Assembly (NCBI GenBank): GCA_944332695.1
Contig: CALVKL010000001.1
Span: 1 to 53,374 of the forward strand
Direction of reading: 5' to 3'
Origin: an uncultured Bacilli bacterium
GTDB lineage: Bacteria > Bacillota_I > Bacilli_A > RF39 > UBA660
Length of the DNA: 53,374 bases
Made by a program: the position numbers and the translations under genes. Positions 36,526 to 46,903 of this stretch are shown here, in pieces. Each line of letters starts with the position of its first letter. Position 1 is the stretch's first letter. The notes under the pieces were generated by a model. The model ran no database searches, was not told the DNA's origin, and saw only the letters and a list, made by a program, of their open reading frames with translations.

Positions 36526-38679
36526 ATGAAAACAGGAAATGCAAAATGGAAAGCCCCAATGGTTGTTTTTGGTATATTTCTTGTTTTTATTTTGCTTTTG
36601 TTTTTTCAGTATCTTTATTTAGCAATATTTCCTAATGTTTATGGTATTAATATGAAAGAATTTGCCGAAAATAGAAATACTTACTCATCTTTATTACAAG
36701 CAAAAAGAGGAACTATTTATGATAAAGATGGAGATATTTTAGCGCAAGATTTTTCTAGTTATACTGTTATAGCTTATTTAGATGAAAGTAGAACAGGATC
36801 ATCTAAAAAATTATACCATGTAGCTGATAAACAAATGACTGCAACCGCATTATCTCCTTTAATTAATATGGAAGTAGATGAAATATTAGAACTCTTAAAT
36901 CGTGATGCTTATCAAGTTGAGTTAGGGCCTGGGGGTAGGGGTATTAGTGAAATTTTAAAAAATAAAATTGAAGAGTTAAATTTACCAGGAATTGATTTTA
37001 TTGAAAGTTATAAAAGATATTATCCGAATGGAGACTTTGCTTCTTACATTGTTGGTTATACTAAAAAGAAAAGTATTGAAATTGAATTAGATAACAAAAT
37101 TACTTATGAAGAAGTTTTAGTTGGCGAATTGGGAATTGAAGTAAAATATGACGAATTATTAAAAGGAATGAATGGTTATATTAGTTATCAACAAGATCGC
37201 TATGGTTATAAGATACCTGATACTCCTGAAACAAATCAACCAGCGGTTGATGGTAGTGATATATATTTAACTATCGATGCTAATATACAAAGAATTTTAG
37301 AAGCAGTAGTTGATGAAAATGCTTCGTTATATAATCCAGAATGGATAACTATTAATGTTATGGATGCTAAAACTGGTGATATTTTAGGTTCTGCTTCTAG
37401 TCCTTCATTTGATCCTAATAAATTAAATATAGTTAATTATGAAAATCCATTGACATCTTTTGCTTATGAACCAGGTAGCGTTATGAAAATTTATACTTAT
37501 ATGTGTGCAATTGAAAAACAAACATATCAAGGTGATCAATTATATGAATCTGGATACATTGATGTTGAAGGAACAAAGATATATGATTGGAACAAAAAAG
37601 GTTGGGGTAAAATAACTTATGATCAAGGTTTTATTTTATCAAGTAATGTTGCTACTTCATATATTGTTCAAAATTTTATAACAAAAGATGATTTAAATTC
37701 TTGTCTTAAAAAATATGGTTTTGGTAGTAAGACAGAAATTAATTTGCCACGTGAATTATCAGGCAGTTTAGTTTTTAACTATCCTGTGGAAGTGGCTGCC
37801 GCTTCTTATGGTCAAGGAATTACTACTACACCGATACAACATTTACAAGCTTTAAGTATTATTGCTAATAACGGTTATATGGTAAAACCTAATATAATAA
37901 GTAAAATAGTAAATAATGGTGAAGTAACTTATGAACGACAAATACAAAAAAGTGAAAGAATTGTTAGTCAATCGACCGTTGATAAAATAAAAGAATTAAT
38001 GTATGCAGCGGTTAACGATGAAGAAGGAGGCGCGCTAGGTTTAGCTTACCGTGTTGAAGGATTAGATATTCTTGGAAAAACGGGAACAGCAGAAATATAC
38101 GATTCAGAAAATGGCGGTTATTTAACAGGCTGGTTAGATAATATATATTCTTTTTCAGGAATGTTTCCCGCTGATGATCCTGAAATAATTATTTTTGCTT
38201 CTGTTAAACGACCTAATAATGGTAGTAATATAGGACTTAAAACTATGACTCAATCAGCAATTGAATCAATCGCTAAGTATAAAGGATATATCAATAGTAA
38301 TAATAATGATGATAAAATAAATAGTTATCAAATTACCAATTATATTAATTTAAATATTAAAGAAGTAACTAACGATTTAAAAGAAAAAGGATTAGATGTA
38401 GTTACTATTGGTAGTGGTGATATAATAACTAAGCAATACCCAAGTGTCGGCACAACTGTTTTAACTGGTGATAAAGTATTTTTAGTAACTAATTCTAAAG
38501 AAATATTAATGCCTAATTTACTTGGATATTCTAAAATCGACGCCATCGCTTTATTAAATTTATTAGATATTGATTATGAATTAGATGGCTATGGTTTTGT
38601 TGTTGATCAAAGTATAAAAGCTGGCGGACAAATTAAAGATAAATTAAAGTTAACTTTAAAACAAAAATACATTGAATAA
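36526..38679 (+). CDS. class B penicillin-binding protein (PBP2B/FtsI/SpoVD type) with two PASTA domains
   Basis: TM helix, PBP dimerisation domain, transpeptidase motifs SVMK, SSN and KTGT, and two C-terminal PASTA repeats. Confidence 0.9.
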   Translation: MKTGNAKWKAPMVVFGIFLVFILLLFFQYLYLAIFPNVYGINMKEFAENRNTYSSLLQAKRGTIYDKDGDILAQDFSSYTVIAYLDESRTGSSKKLYHVADKQMTATALSPLINMEVDEILELLNRDAYQVELGPGGRGISEILKNKIEELNLPGIDFIESYKRYYPNGDFASYIVGYTKKKSIEIELDNKITYEEVLVGELGIEVKYDELLKGMNGYISYQQDRYGYKIPDTPETNQPAVDGSDIYLTIDANIQRILEAVVDENASLYNPEWITINVMDAKTGDILGSASSPSFDPNKLNIVNYENPLTSFAYEPGSVMKIYTYMCAIEKQTYQGDQLYESGYIDVEGTKIYDWNKKGWGKITYDQGFILSSNVATSYIVQNFITKDDLNSCLKKYGFGSKTEINLPRELSGSLVFNYPVEVAAASYGQGITTTPIQHLQALSIIANNGYMVKPNIISKIVNNGEVTYERQIQKSERIVSQSTVDKIKELMYAAVNDEEGGALGLAYRVEGLDILGKTGTAEIYDSENGGYLTGWLDNIYSFSGMFPADDPEIIIFASVKRPNNGSNIGLKTMTQSAIESIAKYKGYINSNNNDDKINSYQITNYINLNIKEVTNDLKEKGLDVVTIGSGDIITKQYPSVGTTVLTGDKVFLVTNSKEILMPNLLGYSKIDAIALLNLLDIDYELDGYGFVVDQSIKAGGQIKDKLKLTLKQKYIE

Positions 38680-38708
38680 AATGCGAAAAAAGAACTTCGC
38701 ATTTTTTG
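38679..38708 (+). terminator. rho-independent terminator
   Basis: AATGCGAA-aaaagaac-TTCGCATT followed by T6. Confidence 0.8.
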
Positions 38709-38768
38709 TTGTATAAAAAACATTAAATATTATCAATATTATCATAGAATATTATAAAGGAGGAAAAT

Positions 38769-41057
38769 ATGTTTGGACAATTTACTGAAGAAGCAAGAAA
38801 AATACTTATTAATGCTAAAATGGAAATGACAGAATTAAAACATCCTTATGTTGGAAGTGAGCATTTCTTATTAGCTGTTTTAAAAAATGATAATAATGTC
38901 TCAAAAAAATTAAAACAATATAATCTAAATTATGATAAATTTAAAAATAAAATCATCGAAACTATTGGCGTTGGTAGTAAACCAAGTGAATGGTTTTTAT
39001 ATACACCGTTATTAAAAAGAGTAATGGAAAATGCAATGATTGATTGTAAAGAAAATAATACTGATGTCACAATAGAATCATTATTTTCAAATCTTTTGGA
39101 AGAAGGTGAAGGAGTAGCTATTAGAATTTTAATTAGTTTAGATATTGATTTAGATAGTTTATATAATGAATTTAGCTATAAAATATTTAAAAAGAAAAAG
39201 AATAAAAAATTATTATTAGAAGAGTTAGGAACAGATTTAACTAAAAAAGCTGATGAATTAGATCCTGTTATTGGAAGAGATGAGGAAATAAAACGAATAA
39301 TTGAAATATTATTAAGGAGGACAAAAAATAATCCTTTATTAATTGGTGAAGCAGGAGTCGGAAAGACAGCAATTGTAGAACAATTAAGTAAATTAATAGC
39401 AACTGGTAATGTTCCTAATGTTTTAAAAAATAAAAGAATTATCAATCTTGATATGGCAACATTAGTAGCCGGTACAAAATATCGAGGAGAATTTGAAGAA
39501 CGAGTAAAAAAAATCCTAAAAGAAGTAGAAGAAAATGAAGAAATAATTTTATTTATAGATGAAATTCATACATTAGTAGGAGCTGGTGGCGCAGAAGGTG
39601 CTATTGATGCTTCAAACATTTTTAAACCAGCTTTGGCGCGAAATAAATTAAGATGTATTGGCGCAACAACAATTGATGAATATAAGCAATTTATCGAAAA
39701 AGACAAAGCTTTAGAAAGAAGATTTCAAAAAGTATTTATCGAAGCTCCTAATTCTAAAACAGTTAAACAGATATTATTAAAACTAAAGCCAATTTATGAA
39801 AAACATCATAATGTTTGTATTTCTGATGATATTATTGATAAAATAATTGAATTAAGTGATAAATACATTTATGACCGAAATCAGCCTGATAAAGCAATTG
39901 ATGTTTTAGATGAAGTATGTGCGTTAGCAAGTTTAAAAGAAAGCAAAGAGTTAATTTTATATAATAATTTAAATTGTGAATTACAAAATTTAATCAAAAA
40001 TAAAAATGAAGCAGTAAGTAATAACGATTTTAAAAAAGCTAGCAGTTATAAACAGAGTGAATTTGAATTAATGGATAAAATTAATAATTTAGAGTTAGTA
40101 TTATGTAAGAATAATAAAAATGTGGTAATTATAAATGATGTTGCTAATGTTATAAACAATAAAACCCAAATACCAATCTATGAAATTTTAAACGAAAATG
40201 AAAAAATTATCACTGAGATGAAAAAAGAATTATCAAGTAAAATAATTGGTCAAGATAAAGCTTTAAAAGAAGTTATTAATATTGCCAAAAAAATAAAATT
40301 GGGATTTAAAGATAATAAATGTTATTCTTTAATGTTTGTTGGACCATCTGGTGTGGGTAAAACAGAATTAGCTTTAAATTTTGGCTCATCTTTAGCTGGC
40401 AAAAATGTTATTAGATTAGATATGAGTGAATTTAGTGAAGCCCATAGTGTCAGTCGATTTATCGGATCTCCTCCTGGCTATATTGGATATAATGATAATA
40501 AAACAATATTAGAAGAAATAAAAAACAAACCCTTTTCTGTTTTAATTTTAGATGAGATTGAAAGGGCTAATAATAGTATAATTAATTTATTGTTTCAAAT
40601 ATTAGATAATGGCAAAATTAAGGACGCTAAAGGAAATGAAATTTATTTTAACAATATCGTAATAGTGATGACATCTAATGTTGGCTTTGATGAAATTAAT
40701 GTTGGATTTAACAAAAATAATGCTACAAATTCAAAATTAAAAGAATATTTTAGCTTACCTTTTATTAACCGTATTGATAATATTATTAACTTTAACAATT
40801 TAGATGAAAAAGATATTATAAGATTAATTGAAATTAAATTAAATAAATTAATTGCTAAATATAAAAATAAAATAAAAATTAAAATAGATAAAAATGTAAT
40901 TGATGAAATATTAAATTTAACTTGTTATCAAGAATTTGGCGCTCGTAAAATTGATAAGATAATTAAAAATAGATTAGAAAATATTATTCTAGACAAAATA
41001 ATACTAGGAAGAAAAAGCCTTAAAATAAAAACGGTTGATTATCAATATACAATTTGA
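38769..41057 (+). CDS. clpC: ClpC-like AAA+ ATPase (two nucleotide-binding domains)
   Basis: Clp_N repeats, Walker A GEAGVGKTA (D1) and GPSGVGKTE (D2), a short M-domain and a VGF loop. Confidence 0.8.
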   Translation: MFGQFTEEARKILINAKMEMTELKHPYVGSEHFLLAVLKNDNNVSKKLKQYNLNYDKFKNKIIETIGVGSKPSEWFLYTPLLKRVMENAMIDCKENNTDVTIESLFSNLLEEGEGVAIRILISLDIDLDSLYNEFSYKIFKKKKNKKLLLEELGTDLTKKADELDPVIGRDEEIKRIIEILLRRTKNNPLLIGEAGVGKTAIVEQLSKLIATGNVPNVLKNKRIINLDMATLVAGTKYRGEFEERVKKILKEVEENEEIILFIDEIHTLVGAGGAEGAIDASNIFKPALARNKLRCIGATTIDEYKQFIEKDKALERRFQKVFIEAPNSKTVKQILLKLKPIYEKHHNVCISDDIIDKIIELSDKYIYDRNQPDKAIDVLDEVCALASLKESKELILYNNLNCELQNLIKNKNEAVSNNDFKKASSYKQSEFELMDKINNLELVLCKNNKNVVIINDVANVINNKTQIPIYEILNENEKIITEMKKELSSKIIGQDKALKEVINIAKKIKLGFKDNKCYSLMFVGPSGVGKTELALNFGSSLAGKNVIRLDMSEFSEAHSVSRFIGSPPGYIGYNDNKTILEEIKNKPFSVLILDEIERANNSIINLLFQILDNGKIKDAKGNEIYFNNIVIVMTSNVGFDEINVGFNKNNATNSKLKEYFSLPFINRIDNIINFNNLDEKDIIRLIEIKLNKLIAKYKNKIKIKIDKNVIDEILNLTCYQEFGARKIDKIIKNRLENIILDKIILGRKSLKIKTVDYQYTI

Positions 41058-41101
41058 CAAAATAAAATTGTTATGTTAGAATATTGGTCAAATTAGGGGG
41101 T

Positions 41102-41803
41102 ATGAATGTGGAAAAAAAAACACCTAAAAAATATCCATTGACGCAATTATATTTAGACACTTCTCAAAGAAAAATTAAAGTTGGTTTATATGATGAAGAA
41201 CAAAATAAATATTTTGATTTAGCAAATAATAACATTACTAATACATTTCAACCGACGATATCTTTTTTAGAAGCTTTAGAAAAAAATAAATTAGACATTT
41301 TGATTACTGATATTGATGGTAATCAAATGGGGCAATTAAGTGCTTCTAAAATAGAGGATTTAATAAAAATTTTGGAACGAAAAAGAAATATGAAACAAAA
41401 TATAAAATCAAAAAGTGATGTAATTAGTAGCATTGTTGTTGATGTTGTTTCTGATTTGTTAGGATTAAATATTAGTATTTCAAAAACAAGATTTAATTTT
41501 AAAGATAGATTAAAGACGGTAGAAGTTATTGTTCCAGCAAAAAAACTACAACTTTTTAAAGAATATTTATTAGAATATCTCGAAGCTTCGTGGCTGACAG
41601 ATTTTGGTATATATTTGATTTATGAAACAAGTGCTTATGATTATCGAATTAGTCGCTCATTAAATAAAGCTAAAATCAAACAAGATAGAATACGTGAAAA
41701 CAATTTTACGGTCTATGCTAATCAAAACGGCGAAATAAGAGTTAATAATGTTCCGATTAATGGTTATAGCGAAAGAGAAAAACAAAAAATTATTAAATTC
41801 TAA
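41102..41803 (+). CDS. hypothetical protein (233 aa)
   Basis: AGGGGG SD and a clean ORF. No domain recognised. Confidence 0.5.
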   Translation: MNVEKKTPKKYPLTQLYLDTSQRKIKVGLYDEEQNKYFDLANNNITNTFQPTISFLEALEKNKLDILITDIDGNQMGQLSASKIEDLIKILERKRNMKQNIKSKSDVISSIVVDVVSDLLGLNISISKTRFNFKDRLKTVEVIVPAKKLQLFKEYLLEYLEASWLTDFGIYLIYETSAYDYRISRSLNKAKIKQDRIRENNFTVYANQNGEIRVNNVPINGYSEREKQKIIKF

Positions 41804-41880
41804 AGCAAATAATTTTTTGTTTTTTTTGTATTGAAAATAAATTATAAATATGCTATTATCTATAACTAGGAAGTGATTGT

Positions 41881-43299
41881 ATGAATTTACCTAATTTAAA
41901 CGAAGCAAGAAAAAGAACTAATAAAAAAGTTGAAATAAGAGAAGATAAATACAAATTAAGTAATACCCAAAAAGCGATAGGTATAAATAAGAACTATTTT
42001 ATTAAAACTTATGGTTGTCAAATGAATGAGCATGATTCAGAAAATATCAAAGCTATTTTAAACGATATGAATTTTAATGAAACCGATACATTAGAACAAG
42101 CTGATTTAATTATTTTAAATACTTGTGCTATAAGAGAAAACGCTCATAATAAAGTGTTTGGTTTATTAGGAAGAATTAAACATTTAAAACAAACCAAAGA
42201 GGTAATGGTTGGTTTTGGTGGTTGTATGGCACAAGAAGAAGTTATTGTTGATGAAATTTTAAATAAATATAAATGGATTGATTTTGTATTTGGAACTCAT
42301 AATATTGTCAATTTGCCTAATATTATTGAAAATGCAACTAATAATAAAAAACAAGAAATCGAAGTTTTTTCTGGTGAAGGAGAAGTAATAGAAAATATTC
42401 CGGTTAAACGAGATAATAAATATAAAGCTTGGGTTAATATAATGTATGGTTGTGATAAATTTTGTACGTATTGTATAGTCCCTTACACTAGAGGAAAACA
42501 AAGAAGTCGCTTGCCTAAACATATAATTGATGAAGTTAATAGTTTAATTAAAGAAGGATATAAGGAAGTGACTTTATTAGGACAAAATGTTAACGCTTAT
42601 GGTAAAGATTTAGAAATAGATTATACCATGGCAAATTTATTAGAAGATGTTGCTAAAACAAAAATAGATCGAATTAGATTTGTAACTAGTCATCCTTGGG
42701 ATTTTAATGATGAAATGATTGATATAATTAGTAAATATGATAATATTATGCCTTATATTCATCTTCCATTACAATCAGGATCAAGCAAAATTTTAAAATT
42801 AATGGGTAGACGTTATACGAAAGAACAATATTTAGAACTGTTTAAAAAATTAAAATCTAAAATATCTAATGTCGCTATAACAACTGATATCATTGTTGGA
42901 TTTCCAAATGAAACCGAAGAAGATTTTAATGATACTTTAGATATAGTTAATACTTGTAAATATGATTCAGCTTTTACTTTTATCTTTTCACCAAGAGTAG
43001 GGACCCCAGCTAGTAAAATGTTAGATAGTATATCATTAGAAATAAAGGAAGCAAGATTACAAAAATTAAACCAATTAATCAACAAATATTCTAAAGAAAA
43101 CAATGATAAATATTTAAATAAAACTGTTTCAGTTTTATTAGATGATTATAGTAGTAAAAAGAAAGACTGTTTAAAAGGATATACCGATACGATGAAGTTA
43201 GTTAATGTTAAAGCTGATAGTAGTTATTTAGGAAAAATTGTAAATGTTAAAATAACAAGCATTAAAACGTGGAGTATGGATGGCGAAATTGTCGAATAA
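41881..43299 (+). CDS. miaB: tRNA-2-methylthio-N6-dimethylallyladenosine synthase
   Basis: UPF0004 N-domain (YGCQMNEHDSE), radical SAM CDKFCTYC motif and a TRAM domain. Confidence 0.95.
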   Translation: MNLPNLNEARKRTNKKVEIREDKYKLSNTQKAIGINKNYFIKTYGCQMNEHDSENIKAILNDMNFNETDTLEQADLIILNTCAIRENAHNKVFGLLGRIKHLKQTKEVMVGFGGCMAQEEVIVDEILNKYKWIDFVFGTHNIVNLPNIIENATNNKKQEIEVFSGEGEVIENIPVKRDNKYKAWVNIMYGCDKFCTYCIVPYTRGKQRSRLPKHIIDEVNSLIKEGYKEVTLLGQNVNAYGKDLEIDYTMANLLEDVAKTKIDRIRFVTSHPWDFNDEMIDIISKYDNIMPYIHLPLQSGSSKILKLMGRRYTKEQYLELFKKLKSKISNVAITTDIIVGFPNETEEDFNDTLDIVNTCKYDSAFTFIFSPRVGTPASKMLDSISLEIKEARLQKLNQLINKYSKENNDKYLNKTVSVLLDDYSSKKKDCLKGYTDTMKLVNVKADSSYLGKIVNVKITSIKTWSMDGEIVE

Positions 43300-43380
43300 G
43301 TGTCAAATGTGAAATTTATGTGAAAAATTAGTTGTAAAAAACTAATTTTTTTGTTAACATAATTATATAGAGGATGATTA

Positions 43381-44115
43381 ATGAAAAAGGTTAAATTATT
43401 ATTAGCTGTTTTGGTTATGGCTATAGTTTTTACGGGATGTGCAAAAAGTCCAGAAGAAGTTTTATCTAACGCTACTGATAAGATGAGCACTTTAGATAAT
43501 TATCACATGGTTTTAGACATGAAATATGAAATATCTTATCAAGATTCATCAATAGAAACAAGTGTAACAATGAATTCCGATGTTGATGAAAAAAATGGTA
43601 TATCTCATTCAACTGCAAGTACTTCAATTTTTGGAATGAAAATTGAAACTGAACTTTATACAATACTAAAAGATAACATTGTTACAACTTATACTAAAGA
43701 AGATGATGTTTGGTATAAAGAAGAAACCAAAAATGAAAACAACGATTTTAATTACGATGTTTTTAAAAATGCGACAAGTGTTGAAAAGTTAAAAGATGTT
43801 GACACAGAAACGTATAAAGTGGTTCTATCAGAAACACAAATTAAAGAAATTTTAAAAGATTTAGAATTAGATGCTGATGAAGATATGGACAAATTAAAGA
43901 TTAATTTGGATACAACTAATATTGAAATAACTATTGATGATAATTATATTACTAAAATGATGATGATAATTCCAATGACTTTTGAAGAAGATGGCGAAGT
44001 TAGCAATTCAAAATATACCTTAATTTATGATTTTTCTCAATTTAATGAAGTAGGAAATCTTACCATCCCTAATGAAATTATTGAAAATGCTGTTGACAAT
44101 ATGTTTTTAGAATAA
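43381..44115 (+). CDS. lipoprotein, unknown function
   Basis: Lipobox VFTGC|A. Confidence 0.6.
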   Translation: MKKVKLLLAVLVMAIVFTGCAKSPEEVLSNATDKMSTLDNYHMVLDMKYEISYQDSSIETSVTMNSDVDEKNGISHSTASTSIFGMKIETELYTILKDNIVTTYTKEDDVWYKEETKNENNDFNYDVFKNATSVEKLKDVDTETYKVVLSETQIKEILKDLELDADEDMDKLKINLDTTNIEITIDDNYITKMMMIIPMTFEEDGEVSNSKYTLIYDFSQFNEVGNLTIPNEIIENAVDNMFLE

Positions 44116-44125
44116 TTTGATTTAT

Positions 44126-44155
44126 AAAAAAATTCTTTAATTAGAATTTTTTTTG
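44126..44155 (+). terminator. rho-independent terminator
   Basis: AAAAAATTCT-ttaatt-AGAATTTTTT. Confidence 0.6.
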
Positions 44156-44219
44156 TTAATGCTAATTTTTTATGTACAAAAGATCATTAATCGCATATAT
44201 TAAAATGAGAGGTGATAAT

Positions 44220-44753
44220 ATGTCTTTATATAAAGAAATAGTCACTAAAGCAGTTATTGGTAAAGGTAAGAAATACTTTAAAAATAATTATAAAATAACT
44301 ACTAGTGACCAGCCAACGACAATATTAGGATGTTGGGTAATTAACCATAAATTTAAAGGATATAAATCGGGCGATAAAATAGGTGTTGATGGATCGTTTG
44401 ATGTTAACATTTGGTATTCTTATGAAAATGATTCTAAAACAACTGTTGTTAACCAAAAAATTGAATATAATGATTTATTCAATGTTAGATTAAAAGAAAA
44501 TGCTGATTTAAATAGTGAAACAGATATTATTGTTAGAACTTTAAGTCAACCAACTTGTATGGGGGTTAATATATTAGATAATAAACAAATTTCTTTTGAT
44601 ATTGAAAAAGAATTAGGTGTTGAAATAGTTGGCGAAACAAAGGTTAAAATTGCAATTGAAGAAGATGAAGAACCTTGGGATGAAATTGATGATGAAATAA
44701 CAGATGAAGATTTAAAAGAGATAGATAAAATTGATGAAAATTATATAAAATAA
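44220..44753 (+). CDS. cotE: outer spore coat morphogenetic protein CotE
   Basis: MSLYKEIVTKAVIGKGKKYF..ILGCWVINHKF..NIWYSYEND..VGETKV plus an acidic tail. Closely parallels B. subtilis CotE as I remember it, and it lies near miaB as in Bacillus. Confidence 0.8.
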   Translation: MSLYKEIVTKAVIGKGKKYFKNNYKITTSDQPTTILGCWVINHKFKGYKSGDKIGVDGSFDVNIWYSYENDSKTTVVNQKIEYNDLFNVRLKENADLNSETDIIVRTLSQPTCMGVNILDNKQISFDIEKELGVEIVGETKVKIAIEEDEEPWDEIDDEITDEDLKEIDKIDENYIK

Positions 44754-44800
44754 AGTGTCAACCAAAAATAGTTGACACTTCTTGTTTTGTATGTTATAAT
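44753..44800 (+). promoter_or_regulatory. cotE terminator hairpin whose 3' arm supplies the -35 of the rpsP promoter
   Basis: AAGTGTCAAC-caaaaata-GTTGACACTT. TTGACA(44772)-17 nt-TATAAT(44795). Confidence 0.6.
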
Positions 44801-44823
44801 GTTCCAAGAAAAGGAGTGAAAAT

Positions 44824-45102
44824 ATGGCAGTTAAATTAAGATTAAAAAGAATGGGCGCTAAAAAAAGACCATTTTATCGTATTGTTGCAGCTGATTCAAG
44901 AAGCCCAAGAGATGGTAAAGTTATTGAAGAAATTGGTTATTATAATCCAATTGTTGAACCCGCAGAAATTAAAATTGATGCTACTTTAGCTCAAAAATGG
45001 CTAAGTAATGGTGCAATCCCAACTGATACAGTAAGAGGATTATTTAAACAACAAGGAATTTTAAAACAATTTCACGAATCAAAAATGTCTAAGGATAAAT
45101 AA
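44824..45102 (+). CDS. rpsP: 30S ribosomal protein S16
   Basis: [31 protein letters not shown]. Confidence 0.97.
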   Translation: MAVKLRLKRMGAKKRPFYRIVAADSRSPRDGKVIEEIGYYNPIVEPAEIKIDATLAQKWLSNGAIPTDTVRGLFKQQGILKQFHESKMSKDK

Positions 45103-45104
45103 TT

Positions 45105-45350
45105 ATGAATTTAGTTGAATTAACCGAATTCTTAGTAAAAAGTGTTGTTAGTGATCCTGATATGGTTTCAATTAAACAATTTGAAGATGATGAAGAATAT
45201 ATTACAATTCAAGTACTAGTTGATGAAAGCGTAATTGGAAGTGTAATTGGAAAAAAAGGAATTATTGCTAACGCAATTAGGACTATTATTCAGGCTTCAG
45301 CTTATGCTAATAATTTAAAAAAAGTTAAAATTAATATTGATTCGTTTTAG
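45105..45350 (+). CDS. khpA: KH-domain RNA-binding protein (YlqC/KhpA)
   Basis: GxxG motif VIGKKGIIANAIRTI. Conserved position after rpsP. Confidence 0.85.
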   Translation: MNLVELTEFLVKSVVSDPDMVSIKQFEDDEEYITIQVLVDESVIGSVIGKKGIIANAIRTIIQASAYANNLKKVKINIDSF

Positions 45351-45371
45351 GAAGATTTTATCTTCTTTTTT
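45349..45371 (+). terminator. rho-independent terminator
   Basis: GAAGA-tttta-TCTTC followed by T6. Confidence 0.65.
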
Positions 45372-45419
45372 CTTGTATTAAATAGCCATTTATATTATAA
45401 TATTAAATAGGGTGATTTA

Positions 45420-46124
45420 ATGAACGTACCTAATCATATTGGAATAATTGTTGATGGTAATGGCCGGTGGGCCGTTAAACGTGGTAAAAGTAGAAGCGAA
45501 GGCCATTTAGCTGGTTCAAAAAATTTAGATACTTTGTGTCAATACATATTTGATAAAGGTGTAAAAGTTGTAAGCTTATATGTTTTTTCGACAGAAAATT
45601 TCAAAAGAAGTGATGAAGAAGTAAATTATTTAATGGATTTATTTGTAAAAAAGTTTAAAGAAGATTTTAAAAAATTTAGTAAAAAAGGGATTAAAATTGT
45701 ATTTTCCGGAAGAAGACAACCGCTAAAAAAAGAAATATTAGATATAATTGACGATGTAACTTTACAAACTAAAGATAATAAAAATGGTATTTTAAATTTT
45801 TGCTTAAACTACGGATCTCATGCGGAAATTATTGACGCTTGTAAAAAAATGATTGAAGATAAAGTGGCTATTGATGACGTTAATGAAGCTTTATTCAACA
45901 AATATCTATACAATGATTTACCAAATTTGGACTTATTGATTAGAACCGGTGGGGAATTACGGTTAAGCAATTTTATGTTGTATCAAGCGGCTTATGCAGA
46001 GCTTTATTTTACTAATACTTTGTTTCCTGATTTTAATAAAGATGAATTTGATCAAGCATTAGACTCTTATAATAATCGTGATCGTAGATTTGGAGGTATC
46101 AATTATGAAAAAAAGAATTGTTAG
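45420..46124 (+). CDS. uppS: isoprenyl transferase (undecaprenyl diphosphate synthase)
   Basis: HIGIIVDGNGRWA, FSTENFKR and IRTGGELRLSNFMLYQ. Confidence 0.95.
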   Translation: MNVPNHIGIIVDGNGRWAVKRGKSRSEGHLAGSKNLDTLCQYIFDKGVKVVSLYVFSTENFKRSDEEVNYLMDLFVKKFKEDFKKFSKKGIKIVFSGRRQPLKKEILDIIDDVTLQTKDNKNGILNFCLNYGSHAEIIDACKKMIEDKVAIDDVNEALFNKYLYNDLPNLDLLIRTGGELRLSNFMLYQAAYAELYFTNTLFPDFNKDEFDQALDSYNNRDRRFGGINYEKKNC

Positions 46125-46893
46125 TGCGATTGTTGCTTTGCTTATAGTTATACCTTTAATATTTATAGGTGGTATTCCTTTTTATGTATTATCTTTGTTA
46201 GTAGGATTACTGGCTTTTAAAGAAATTCTTGATCTTATTATCAAAGATGATTATTGGTTAAGAGTAATTAGTTTTATATGCTTTTTGTTTTTAATTGGTA
46301 CAAGTATTACTCAAAATAGTTTTAATAATATCTTAGATTTTAAAGTTTTGGGTATTGTATTAATAATCAGTGGTTGCCTAGCATTAATAAAACATAAGAG
46401 TAATTTTAATGTTGAAAAATGTTTTTATATAATAGGAATAATGATTTTTTTAAGTGTAGCTTTTTCTAGTTTAATAATTTTAAGGAATATGAGTATAAAC
46501 TATTTTATTTATGTTTTATTAATTGCAATTATGAATGATACTTTTGCTCACTTAACGGGAACTTTATTTGGGAAAAACAAAATTAATGAAATTTCTCCCA
46601 ATAAAACTTTTGAAGGATGTTTGGGAGGACTATTTTTTGGAACATTAGTTAGCGTTTTATTTTACTTGATTGTAATAAATCAAGATGTTGATTTATTATT
46701 ACTTATTTTTATAACAATGTTTTTATCAATAGTTGGGCAATTAGGTGATTTGTTTTTTTCTTTAATTAAAAGGTATTATAAAATTAAGGATTTTTCTAAT
46801 ATTATGCCAGGTCATGGCGGAATTTTAGATAGATTAGATAGCATTATTTTTATTGCTCTAACTTTTATTTATTTTATTAATTATTTAATGTAA
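46105..46893 (+). CDS. cdsA: phosphatidate cytidylyltransferase
   Basis: Polytopic membrane protein with a CDS signature (SPNKTFEG..GD...S..KR....KD....PGHGG.LDR.DS). Confidence 0.9.
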   Translation: MKKRIVSAIVALLIVIPLIFIGGIPFYVLSLLVGLLAFKEILDLIIKDDYWLRVISFICFLFLIGTSITQNSFNNILDFKVLGIVLIISGCLALIKHKSNFNVEKCFYIIGIMIFLSVAFSSLIILRNMSINYFIYVLLIAIMNDTFAHLTGTLFGKNKINEISPNKTFEGCLGGLFFGTLVSVLFYLIVINQDVDLLLLIFITMFLSIVGQLGDLFFSLIKRYYKIKDFSNIMPGHGGILDRLDSIIFIALTFIYFINYLM

Positions 46894-46903
46894 AGGAGAT
46901 TAT

